This document shows, piece after piece, positions 52,012 through 64,000 of a stretch of DNA of 64,000 nucleotides (position 1 is its first letter; the number at the start of each line of letters is the position of its first letter). Made by a program: the position numbers and the translations under genes. Under the pieces are notes generated by a model. It ran no database searches. It was given only the letters and a program-made list of their open reading frames with translations, and was not told where the DNA came from. The stretch spans positions 9,116,001-9,180,000 of the forward strand of contig CM097885.1 of the NCBI GenBank assembly GCA_044892525.1. Reading direction: 5' to 3'. This DNA is from Schmidtea polychroa (Eukaryota).

Positions 52012-55000
52012 CTCTGAGTTTATCCGACAAAATATTCTGTCCCCCTATGGGTATTGCTCACAAGGGTACTACTCACATTCAACATGTCGCAAGGGTATTA
52101 GTCGTAAAGGTATTTAATGTTTTTATTTGAATTTAGACAAATTTGTTGTTTAAGGTATTGATAATTTTTTAGAGTTGATGGTTTTATTCAAGTAAATTTC
52201 TATCATTTTTATGAATTTCTATCATTTTTTGTAATTTTCTATTATTTTCATGAATTTCCGTACTTTTTTGTGAATATGCGTAATTTTTGTAGATATCTAT
52301 CATTTTCATGGATTTCTAACATTTTTGCAAATTTCATGTTTATTGAATGAATATTTAATAATTTCTTGATAATTGGATGTATTTTTATTGACTTGTTTTT
52401 TTTTTTTTAATTTTAAATAAAAATTATTTTCAATGAGGTTAATAATTAGAGATTTTACAATAATGAAGTGGTAGGATAAATTTTTATGAGGATATTGAAT
52501 AATTTTCTAAGAATTTCATGTTGACTGATTAAAAGTTTTAATGGTGATAAATTTAATTGATAAATTTAGTTAATTTCTTGATAATTAGTTGTATTTTATT
52601 GAATAGTTTTTAAATAAAAATTAATTTCATTGACAATTAGGTTAATAATTAAGTGATAGAATAAATTTTTGATGATAACTTTGTAATATATTTGACTAGA
52701 TAATTTTTTTCAATAATTTTCTAAGAATATTTATCAATGACTTTAAATTTACTTGATAATTATTGTAGGATATACAGAAATTTAGTTTGCTGTTATTGCT
52801 TGAAAATGATTGGTTGAATCGATGAAGAATTATGATCAATCAATATATATCATCTCCAGTATTTGATGGTAAATATTTGTAGAAAATTTTAGTAAATTTT
52901 GATCTTTTAGTGTGCTCTTATTATTTAGCTTCTAAATTATTTCAATGGAAGAATGCCTGGTGTCTTTAACAGTTTATGAAAATTCATACTTTTTGAAGTT
53001 CTCTAAGGATATTAAGAGGATTGATATATATTAAAGGGTTCAAGTGGGTGGAATCTTTAGGGAAATTAAGGGATATAATCGGATAGATGTTTAAAAGGGT
53101 AGAAATATTTGCTGAGAGATCGGATAAGATGGGATATTATCGATTAGATTTAATGAGAGATGGGAATATATGATTTTTAAAGGGATATAGTCGGTTAGAT
53201 TTAATGAGAGATCGGTTAAGATGGGATATTGTTGGTTAGATTTAATGAGAGATCGGTTAAGATGGGGAAAATATGATCTTTTAAGGGGATATAGTCGGTT
53301 AGATTTAATGTGAGATGGGTTAAGATGGGAATATATTATTGTAAGGGAGATATAGTCGGTTGCTTTTAATGAGGGAAGGGTTTCGATGGGAATATATGAT
53401 TTTTTAAGGGTGATGTTGGTAAAATATCAATGTTTTTTTAAGGAAATTGCAATACATTAGTCAGTTATGAATCAATAATAATTATATCGTTTTATTAGGT
53501 TGTGATTAATGCACAGTAAATTAATTTAGAACAATGTTTTATTAAGTAGGGATAATGATCGATTTACTTGGTTTTGACAATGAAATCTTTACAGATAATT
53601 GGGATTGATATCAACTTTAATTTATTTTTATCTTTATTTAGGCGGAGAATGACAAAAGTTTAGAAATATGGACTTAAAACATCGACTAAATAAAATTGAT
53701 CTTTATTGGAAGAAATCTTGATTTTAATTAGTAATTAAATCGGTTGAATATTGGTAAAAATGATCATTTGAAGAAATATATTTTATTGAATGGATAAATT
53801 TAATCTTTTAATGGGACCTAGTCAGTTATATTTATTTTAAATTTCGAGTACAGTGATTAACAAAAAGTTAATTATAACCGGTTTTATCAATAGTGAAACA
53901 TGTATGATAATAGGAATTAAAGTTAGAATTATAGTCATTTAAAGGGGAGTTTGAGCAATCTTATTAGTCTGAGGGGAATATATGATCTTTAACAAGTACT
54001 TATCATTAAAATATCAATCTTAAAAGATAGAGTTATTTCAGGGAAATTTGATGCTTTTTAGATGATTTTAGTGAAATATTTGTAATAATATGAATTAAGG
54101 GTAGAAATATAGTCATTTAAGGGGATTTTAAGGAATCTTGTTAGTTTGAGGTGAATATATGATCTTTAACAAGTATTTATCATTACAATACTAATCTTTA
54201 CATATTGATATATTTGGGAGGAAATGAGAAATTGGAGAATTCACTAGGATATACCAATTATTGTCATTTAAATAAATTTACTGGTTTATTAGATGTTATC
54301 ATTAGTTATCTAGTCTCTTTTGGAATTTTATGATAATTATTTTTATTGTAGATTGCTGACTTTGATAATTGTAATGAATTTATACTGATTTTTTTGAATA
54401 TATTGAGAAATCAGTCAATCAATTTGAGTACATGTATTACTTTTACAAAAATAATTAAATTTAATTTTATTTAAATTAATTTATTCAATCTTAATCAATT
54501 ATCTACTAGATCTTATCTTATTAATTTATTATCTTAGTTGATTCAACTTGAATGATCAGCATTTTTTTTTATTTATTGGATGATTAGAATTTTTTCTTGT
54601 CCATTAATTAAATTTTTATGATATTTATTTTGAATAATTTAAATTTTTACAATTATTTAATCAATTTTTACCAAGTTATTGATGCCTTGAGTTCAAATAA
54701 TTTTTCATCCAATTTTTCAAGTGAAGAGTATTTGCTTTTAAAGATCAATTTGTTAGTACATAGTTGTTGGTTCTAGGTAGTTGGTTGTTAGTACTTGGTA
54801 CTTGGTAGTTGGTATCTGATTGACTTCTTAGATTTTGATAAGAAAATAGTGTATGCGATGAAGAATATTTTGTATTTAATTGCTATTATTTTTATGTGTT
54901 GTTAGTTGATTGTTGGTACTAAGTTGTTGGTATCTTGTATTTGGTAGTTGGTACAGTGTTGTTTACTGATTGTTATATAGTTGTAGGTTGATATTTGTTA

Positions 55001-55208
55001 ATTTCTCGATGGGTTTTGATGGTGGTTGTTAGTAGTTGTTGTTTGAAACCTAGTGGTTAGTACTTAGTAGCTAGTTAATGGGTAGGTTGTGGTTAAGTGT
55101 TACCAATACCCCTACGACTAGTACCTTTACGACCAGTACCCTTACGACTAATACCCTTACGACCTGTACCCTTAGGGGGTCAAAACATCCTGTCGGATAA
55201 ACTCAGAG
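52012..55208. mobile_element. Mirror of the 45978-49175 unit
   Basis: Reverse-complement copy. Confidence 0.55.
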
Positions 55209-55646
55209 TATATATAATAAAACTGATCAATAATAAGTATTTATTGAATGTGATTTTTACTTTGCAATAATAAGTTATCATTTAAAAGAAGAATGTTTTG
55301 TAAATTAGAATTCATTAGTCTTTCATTGTAATTATTTTGAATTCCACGTGGTGTTTTAAAGTGGTTGAGTTGTGGTTTTTTGATGAAAATCAACATTTTT
55401 GTTAAATTTAGACATTTTGAAAAGGTTTTTCTACTGATTGTAATTAAAATTATTATAGAAGCTGTATAAAAAATATTAATTTAAAAAGCATTTCATAAAA
55501 TACAGTGAAGAATATTTAGTAGTTAGTTGTAAGTATCTGGTTGTTTGAGAGTTAGTTAGTACGTGGTATCTAGTTGTAAGTATTTGTTAGCACCTAGTTA
55601 AAAAATAATCAGTAACCGATTGTTGGTAACTGTTGAATTATTATTA

Positions 55647-55712
<66 letters not shown>

Positions 55713-58700
55713 CATTTAAATTTTCATTATAAATTACATTTCTCAAAAAAGTTGGTGGTTATTCAATCTTTTGATAATAAAATTAAAAATCTTACTTTAA
55801 TTTACTTATTACATTACTTATTTAAAAATTATTACTTTAATTAAATTCTTTAAAAATTATTACTTTAATTTACTTATTTAACTTTAATTTAATTTTTTAG
55901 AACATTGATTACTTATTTTTAAAATTTGGACCTTAATTAACTTTAATTTAATTTTTTAACTTTAATTTACTTATCCTTAATTTACCTATTTATGCTTTAT
56001 TACTTAATTTTACACCATAATTTACTAAACAACTAATTATAACCCTTATTTTCATATTTAACCAATAATTTCATGTGGTCATCTGGTTGTAAGTGTTTGG
56101 TATCTAGTTGACAGTACTAGGTATCTTGTACTTGGTTGTTAGTACTTGGTTGATAATGCTTAGTGTCTGGTTGTATGTACTTGGTAGCTAGTTGTTAGTA
56201 ACTAGTTGTAGGTAATTAATGCTTAGTAGTTGGTAACTGGTTGTTAGTATCTAGTTGTAGGTGGTAGCTAGTTGGTTGTAGGTACTTAGTAGTTGGTTGA
56301 TAATGCTTAGTACTTGGTAGGTGGTTGTTAGGTGGTTGTAGGTACTTAGTAGTTGGTAATTAATGCTTAGTACCTGGTTGTTTTTGGTTGATAGTACTTA
56401 GTAGTTGGTAGCTAGTTGGTTGCTATCAGGTAACTAGTTGTTAGTAACTAGTTGTAGGTATCTGGTTGTTAATACATGTTCGTAATTTACTGGTACTTGG
56501 TATCTAGTTGTTAGTTGTTAGCGGGTTGTTTGTAACTAGGTATCTAGTTGTTAGTACTTGGTTGATAATGCTTAGTACCTGGTTGATGTTGGTTGTTAGT
56601 ACTTAGTAGTTGGTAGCTAGTTGTTAGTAACTAGTTGTAAGTACTTGGTATCTGGTTGTTAGTTGTTATCTGGTTGTGAGTAGTTGGTATCAGGTTGTTA
56701 GCTGGTTGATAGTACTTGGTATCTGGTAATTAGTTGTAGGTACTTGGTTGTTTGAGAGTTATTTAGTACGTGGTATCTAGTTGTAGGTACTTGGTATCAG
56801 GTAACTGGTTGTTAGTAACTAGTTGTAAGTACTTGGTAGTTGGTTGTTAGTTGTTGGTATCAGGTTGTAAGCTGGTTGATAGTACTTGGTATCTGGTAAT
56901 TAGTTGTAAGTACTTGGTTGTTTGAGAGTTATTTAGTACGTGGTATCTAGTTGTAGGTACTTGGTATCAGGTAACTGGTTGTTAGTATCTAGTTGTAAGT
57001 ACTTGGTAGTTGGTGGTTAGTTGTTGGTATCAGGTTGTAAGCTGGTTGATAGTACTTGGTATCTGGTAATTAGTTGTAAGTACTTGGTTGTTTGAGAGTT
57101 ATTTAGTACGTGGTATCTAGTTGTTAGCTGGTTGTAGCTAGTTAATGGGTAGGTGGTATCAGGTAACTAGTTGTAGGTATCTAGTTGTAGATATCTGGTA
57201 TCAGGTAACTGGTTGTTAGTAACTAGTTGTAGGTATCTGGTTGTTAATACATGTTCATAAGTTACTGGTTGTTGGTACTAAGTTGTTGGTTTGTTGTTGA
57301 ATTATTATTAAAATTTGTCTTTGAAAAATATTTCATAAAAATTTTCATTAAAAATTATCTTAAAAATTTCCATCTAAAATTATCATTGAAAAATATTTCA
57401 TAAAAATTTCCATCTAAAATTATCATTGAAAAATATTTCTTAAAAATTTCCATTAAAAATTACTTAAAAAATTATTCCATAAAAATTTCCATTAAAAATT
57501 ACCATTGAAAAATATTTCATTAAAATTTCTATTAAAAATTACTTAAAAATTATTTCATAAAAATTTTCATTAAAAAATTTCAATTCTCAAACGCCTTCTA
57601 TTATTTTGTAATTAAATTTTAAATTATTACTTTAATTTACTTATTTAAAATTTTTTACCATTGATTACTTAATTTAAAAATTTGGACCATTATTTACTGT
57701 AATTTAATTTTTAAGAACTTAAATTTACTTTAATTCAAAAATTTGGACCATTATTTACTTTAATTGAAAAATCTGGACCATAATTTACTGTAATTTAATA
57801 TTTTAGAACCATAATTTACTTTAATTTAATTTTTAGAACCATTATTTACTGTAATTTAATTTTTTAGGACCATTATTACCTTATTTGAAAATTTGAGCCA
57901 TAATTTACTTTAATTTAATTTTTTAGAACCATTATTTACTTTAATTTAAAAATTTGAGCCATAATTTACTGTAATTTAATTTTTTAGGACCATAATTACC
58001 TTATTTGAAAAATTTGAACCATAATTTACTTTAATTGAAAAATTTGGACCATAATTTACTGTAATTTAAAAATCTTAGTCCATAATTTACTGTAATTCAA
58101 TTTTTAGACCCATAATTTACTGTAATTTTAAAAAATTTACCACGTTTTTTAGTGTAGACCACCTTTGTCTATTGAAATTCTCAGGACCAAGGAGACCCAC
58201 CTTAATTTAATTCGAAAAATCCATGCTTTTTTATTGATAGTCGGATTTTTGTATTGAAAATATCCTGAGACCTTAAATTACCATGCTTCTTTATTGAAGA
58301 CTCACCTCACTATAGTCTGAAAAATCCTTGGCTTTTTTAGTGGTAGTCGGATTTTTGTATTGAAAATATCCTGAGACCTTAAATTACCACGTTTTTTTTT
58401 AGTGTAGACCACCTATTTCTCAGGACCAAGGAGACTCACCTCACTATAGTCTGAAAAATCCTTGGCTTTTTTAGTGTAGACCGGCTTTTTGTATTGAAAA
58501 TATCCTGAGACCTTAAATTACCATGCTTTTTTATTGAAGATCAGCTTTTGTATTGAAAATATCCTAAGACCTTAAATTACCATGCTTTTTTAGTGAAGAC
58601 CAGTTTTTGTATTGAAAATATCCTGAGACCTTAAATTACCATGCCTTTTTATTGATAGTCGGATTTTTGTATTGAAAATATCATGAGACCTTAAATTACC

Positions 58701-59992
58701 ATGCTTTTTTAGTGTAGACCAGCTTTTTGTATTGAAAATATCCTGAGACCTTAAATTACCACGTTTTTTTAGTGTAGACCACCTATTTCTCAGGACCAAG
58801 GAGACTCACCTCACTATAGTCTGAAAAATCCTTGGCTTTTTTAGTGTAGACCACCTATTTGTATTGAAAATATCCTGAGACCTTAAATTACCATGCTTTT
58901 TAGTGTAGACCAGCTTTTTGTATTGAAAAATTTTTTTGTATTGAAAATCCCAGGACCATCGAGACCCCCTCACTATAGTCTGAAAAATCCTTGGCTTTTT
59001 TAGTGTAGACCGGCTTTTTGTATTGAAAAAAATTTTTTGTATTGAAAATCCCAGGACCATCGAGACCCCCTCACTATAGTCTGAAAATTCCATGCTTTTT
59101 TATTGATAGTCGGATTTTTGTATTGAAAAATTTAATTTGTATTGAAAATCCCAGGACCATCGAGACCCCCTCACTATAGTGTGATAAAAAAAAATTTGGA
59201 CCAAAAATCCCTGAAAGCAAAAAAATGAGTTGGGAACAATTGCGTAATAAAAATTTGGGAACAACCCCCCCCCCCCCGGGGGGGGGGGTAATTGTTCCCG
59301 TAGGCCACTATCTACCTACTTATATACAGACTGATATTTCAGTCAAAGCACCCAAAAAATCATTTGCGAAGAAGAATTGCAAATTCAGTAATTGATATTG
59401 CAATATAAATTTGAGCATACAGATTTACATAACCGAGCTCAGGTGATAGCATTTAGAGACTATTAGCAAAGAAAACAAGACAAAAAGAGAACCTTATATA
59501 ACATTACATAATTGACTGTGTGAAAAGGTGAATATTTTATTTTGTAATATATCATTATTCTTATCAAATAAAAGTCTTGAACGAGCCAGTGTTTGACTTA
59601 TTTATTTATATAGGATCATCAAGTTGAGATTCTTGGAACCTCAACACATGTTAATTTCTGTATGGTTAATATTATTTATAGATATTATACAGCTGGTTAA
59701 TTTCAACATCGATATATTGAAGCCGAACTTATCAAATAGATTTTGAATTACTTAATGTTTGAAAGATTTATTTATTTTGGCCAGGAATATATAATCTTCA
59801 TCATTTATTGTTAGAAGTTTATCTATTATTAAAAAAGAATGATCGCAATCAATAGACAATTCTTGTACCTTATTTAAAATAATTAAATTACTAAATAATT
59901 ATAACATCAAACCTGTGGATCGTTTGAAGACATCGAGGAATATTTGTGAATGTTGTAAATGAAGTTATTAGACCTATTTATATATATATATG

Positions 59993-60877
59993 AGTAGGTA
60001 GTTAGGGGCTCCCGGCAACAATAGGGGGAGGGGGGGGGGGGGTAAAAAATGTTGCAACTTCTGATTGCGTAACTTTTGCCGTAGACATTTTTTTTATTAC
60101 ATAATTGTTCCCGTACGCTCCAATGACTTTTTTTTCTGGGATTTTCAATAGAAAAATTGTTTTCAATACAAAAAGTCAAGGATAAGTCAGTACTATTTGG
60201 ATGGGTTTCCTTGGTCCTGAGAATTTCAATACAAAATCCGGCTATCATTAAAAAAGCATGGATTATTCTGAGTGAGGGGGTCTCGACGGTCCTGAGAATT
60301 TCAATAGAAAAAGGTGGTCTACACTAAAAAGCATGGAATAATTTAGACTATAATGAGGGGTCACCTTGGTCCTATGATTTTCAATAAAAAAGGGGGGGGG
60401 GGGGGGTTTACACTTAAAAAACACGGTAGTTTTTGAATTAAAGCAAATTATGGTCTAAAATTTAAAATTAAAGTTAATTTAGGTCTAAATTTTTTCAGTT
60501 AAAGTTAATTAAGACTCAAATAAGTAAAGTAAGATTCTAAAAAATTAAATTAAAGTAAATTAAGGTCTAAAATTTAAAATTAGAGTTAATTAAGATCCAA
60601 ATTGAAAAATTAAGTAATCAATGGTCAAAATTTTTAAATAAGTAAATTAATGTAATAATTTTTAAATAAGTAATATAATAAGTAAATTAAAGTAAAATTT
60701 TAAAATTCATTAACAAAAAGTTGGAATAATAGTCAGTAATTGAGAATTGAAATTTTTTAATGAAAATTTTTATGAAATTTTTTTAGGATAATTTTAAATG
60801 AAAATTTTAATGTAATAATTTTTTATGTAAATTTTTTTTAAGTTATTTTTTTTTATAGATTAATAATAATAATTATT

Positions 60878-60934
<57 letters not shown>

Positions 60935-62674
60935 GTAATAATAGTAATAATATTTCAACCAAATACTATACAACACATAAAAATAACTAGACACATATCA
61001 AAACATATAAACATTAACTAAACACATAAAAATAACTAGACACAAAACAAACATAAAAATTTACCAAACACATAAAAAGAACAAAATTAAAGATATAAAA
61101 TTTTATTTAATAAAATCATTCTTCATCAGATAAAATAATGTCATTAATATCAGCTTCTCCAACAACTTCTCCAATATCTTCTCCAACATCTTCTTCATCA
61201 AATTCTTCTCCAACAATTTCTCCAACATTTAAATAACTTAATCTTACATGCCCATATGCTAAACTAGTATTTTTCCCCAGCCAAACCCTTTTGTCATCTG
61301 CGTTAGTTAGTGCTATTTTAGTATTTTTAATTGTAAAAATTTGATGATTTTTGCTTGTTATTTTTGTTTGAGGAATCGAAAAAATTTGATTAGTGTTATA
61401 ACAATCCAGATATGACTGATGTTTTATGTCACTACCTTTCAATGTTACACCTTTAGACTTTTTTGTTTCCTCATCACCCAACAAGCTATAACACTGAGGT
61501 CTAAGAAATACCCATTCCTTATATTTAAGACCTTTATTCTCGTCTTTGAACTTTCCAATGACAAAATCAAGGTTCTTACTATATAAGGAATGTCAACTAT
61601 TGTAATTGGAAGTATCTAATAAATTATCTCGAATCATTGCAGGTAGAAGAACCTCAAGTTTACAGTTAATTACTTCGAGGAAAAAAGAGTCTGTATCACC
61701 TGCAACGATATTAATTTTACAACTAAACTCATTGCGAAATGATTCTAAATCCTTATATTGTAATTCATACATTCTAAATTTAGATAGATCAAGTACAGAC
61801 TGACCAATGTAACCTGGTCTATCTAAACATATAGAATCTGAATTCAATAATGCTGCAATTAAATTATCATCTAAAATAACTTAAAAAATTATTCCATTAA
61901 AATTTTCATTTTAAATTATCCTAAAAAAAATTGATCTATAAAAAATTTCAGTAAAAAAATTACTTAAAAAAAAATATTTCATAAAAATTTTCAATTCTCA
62001 ATTACTGAATATTATTCCAACTTTTTGTTAATAAATTTTAAAATTTTACTAAATTTACTCATTATATTACTTATTTAAAAATTATTACATTTATTTACTT
62101 ATTTAAAAATTTTGACCATTGATTACTTAATTTTTCAATTTGGATCTTAATTAACTCTAATTTTAAATTTTAGACCTTAATTTACTTTAATTTAATTTTT
62201 TAGAATCTTACTTTACTTATTTGAGTCTTAATTAACTTTAACTGAAAAAATTTAGACCTAAATTAACTTTAATTTTAAATTTTAGACCATAATTTGCTTT
62301 AATTCAAAAATTTACCATGATTTTTTAGTGTAAACCCCCCTTTTTTATTGAAAATCACAGGACCAAGGTGACCAATCATTACAATCTAAATAATTCCATG
62401 CTTTTTAGTGTAGACCACCTTTTTCTATTGAAATTCTCAGGACCATCGAGACTCCTTCACTATAGTCTGAATAATCCATGCTTTTTTTATTGATAGCCGG
62501 ATTTTGTATTGCAATTCTCAGGACCAAGGAGACCCATCCAAATAATACTGACTTATCCTTGGCTCTTTGTATTATGTAATCAAAAAATATGTCTACGGCA
62601 AAAATTATGCAATCACAAGTTGCAACATTTTTACCCCCCCCCCTATTGTTTCCGGGAGCCCCTAACTTCCTACT
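59993..62674. mobile_element. 2.7-kb non-autonomous mini-Polinton (family B) with ~0.8-kb TIRs
   Basis: Ends agtaggtagttaggggctcccgg / ccgggagcccctaacttcctact; non-palindromic 6-bp TSD tatatg at 59987-59992 and 62675-62680. Confidence 0.95.
61116..61870 (-). pseudogene. polB: pPolB family B 3' fragment
   Basis: Near-identical to the C-terminus of the 939-aa polymerase (GDTDSFF, KGVTLKGSDIKHQ); retains the acidic tail. Confidence 0.95.
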
Positions 62675-62686
62675 TATATGTTTCAT

Positions 62687-62818
<132 letters not shown>

Positions 62819-62899
62819 TATAATAATTATAATAATACTTATAATAATAATATTTTTACTTTATTAAAACAAATTAAGACAACATTTGCGCGCACGGAT

Positions 62900-63639
62900 T
62901 TCCCTTTGAACTACCTTTAAAATGACCCCTTGATCAATAAAATCCAAGCAAAGGTACTCTCAAAATATTAATTTTAAGAAAATACACACACGCAATCTTT
63001 AATTAAACTATATATCCGCCATCTTGAAAAATATGACCTTGACCTTTGAAAGTATGACCATGATACTTACATCTCAAATACCTTTCGAATGATATATATA
63101 TATATAATGATATATATATATATATTATAAGGTTTGAAAAATTCGAAGGTTTTTACCCTTTGAAGGTTATTGACCAACCATACACCTTCGAGGATATGAC
63201 CATTAGATAGACCTCTCAAATACTTTTCGTCTGGTATATATATTATAAAGTTTGGAAAAAATTCGAAGGTTTTTACCCTTTGAAGGCCGAGGACCCACCA
63301 TTCACCTTTGAGGGTATGACCATTAGATATACCTCTCAAATACCTTTCGAGTGATACCCTTTGGTGAAGATTTGACCTTAAAAAATATATCCTTGGCCTT
63401 AAAAAATATGACCTTGACCTTTAAAATATGACCTTGGCCTTAAAAATATGACCTTGATGAGTCATCCAATGACATTGAATGAGTCATGGTCTTTGTTTCG
63501 ATGACCTTGATGAGTCATCCAATGACCTTGATGAGTCATCGGATGAGTCATGGCCTTTGTTTCAATGACACTGATGAGTCATATGTCTTTGTTTAAAATT
63601 TGACCTTGACATGTGCCAGTGGTGACACATCCTACTACT
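62900..63639 (-). repeat. Putative element end with subterminal repeats, terminating ...cacatcctactact
   Basis: Tandem atatgaccttg and gatgagtcat repeats; end resembles 12679-12692; inverted homology to ~39560-39720. Confidence 0.5.
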
Positions 63640-64000
63640 CATATTTATCGAAATGACTTCTATTTATATTTTGAACATCTATTAATTATAATGATAATAT
63701 GAATGCATTTTTTATACATGTATCTTCTATTTATCTTTATTTGGTTATTCGTTTTTAATAAAATTCCCATTTTTTCGATTTTTCTTTTTGAATTAGATGC
63801 AAAATAATTTTTCTATATATTGTCCTGCATATGCTTTAATTTCCATACAGGTAATTTAAACAATGTTACATTTTCATGTATGTGAGGAACCCAGGATGGA
63901 TAATGACCTACCGAGCTTTTTTCCAATTTACAGGGTAACATTATTACGGAAACAGGTTTGAAGATGGTCTTTTCTCTTAATTTTTCTATTATCTGAATAG

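Larger units (their letters stand above)
42434..59320. mobile_element. Giant palindromic non-autonomous Polinton-type element (arms 42434..49724 and 51463..59320)
   Basis: Ends agtaggtagatagtggcc / ggccactatctacctact; TATATA on both sides and unrelated sequence beyond; arms mirror each other (45342-45566 / 55620-55844); TIR homologous to 5571 and 59993. Confidence 0.88.

Noticed and set aside
58438..58450. CTCACTATAG resembling a T7 promoter or vector contamination
   Set aside because: Lacks TAATACGA and is part of the native subterminal repeat.
58200..59180. Regularly spaced repeats resembling a CRISPR array (also 42580-43130, 31003-31250)
   Set aside because: The intervening sequences are themselves repeated rather than unique spacers, there are no cas genes, and the context is eukaryotic.

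Overview
Very AT-rich eukaryotic (metazoan) genomic DNA, almost entirely transposon-derived. The short AT-rich introns, (AAT)n microsatellites and a TRAF/MATH gene are compatible with a planarian flatworm, but that cannot be proven here. Polinton/Maverick (adintovirus-like) material dominates, arranged as giant fold-back palindromes. (1) A >=24.4 kb inverted duplication (arms <=1..11747 and 12676..>=24420, ~0.93 kb spacer). Each arm carries a decayed Polinton gene cassette (packaging ATPase, chromo-integrase, penton/major-capsid fusion, adenain protease, pPolB) plus the end of a second, younger Polinton family with a nearly intact protein-primed PolB. (2) A 16.9 kb essentially non-coding element (42434..59320) with Polinton-type 5'-AGTAGG...CCTACT-3' ends and TATATA flanks, whose inverted arms are ~7.3-7.9 kb long. 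(3) A 2.7 kb mini-Polinton of the same terminal family with a clean 6-bp TSD (59993..62674). Also present: a TRAF-like host gene, a Gypsy fragment, a Tigger/pogo fragment, a DD34E IS630/Tc1 element interrupted by a hAT MITE, a Buster/Charlie hAT derivative, a MULE-like MITE and one orphan ORF. The most interesting inference is a family of palindromic 'snap-back' non-autonomous Polinton derivatives. Assembly artefact must be excluded with long reads.
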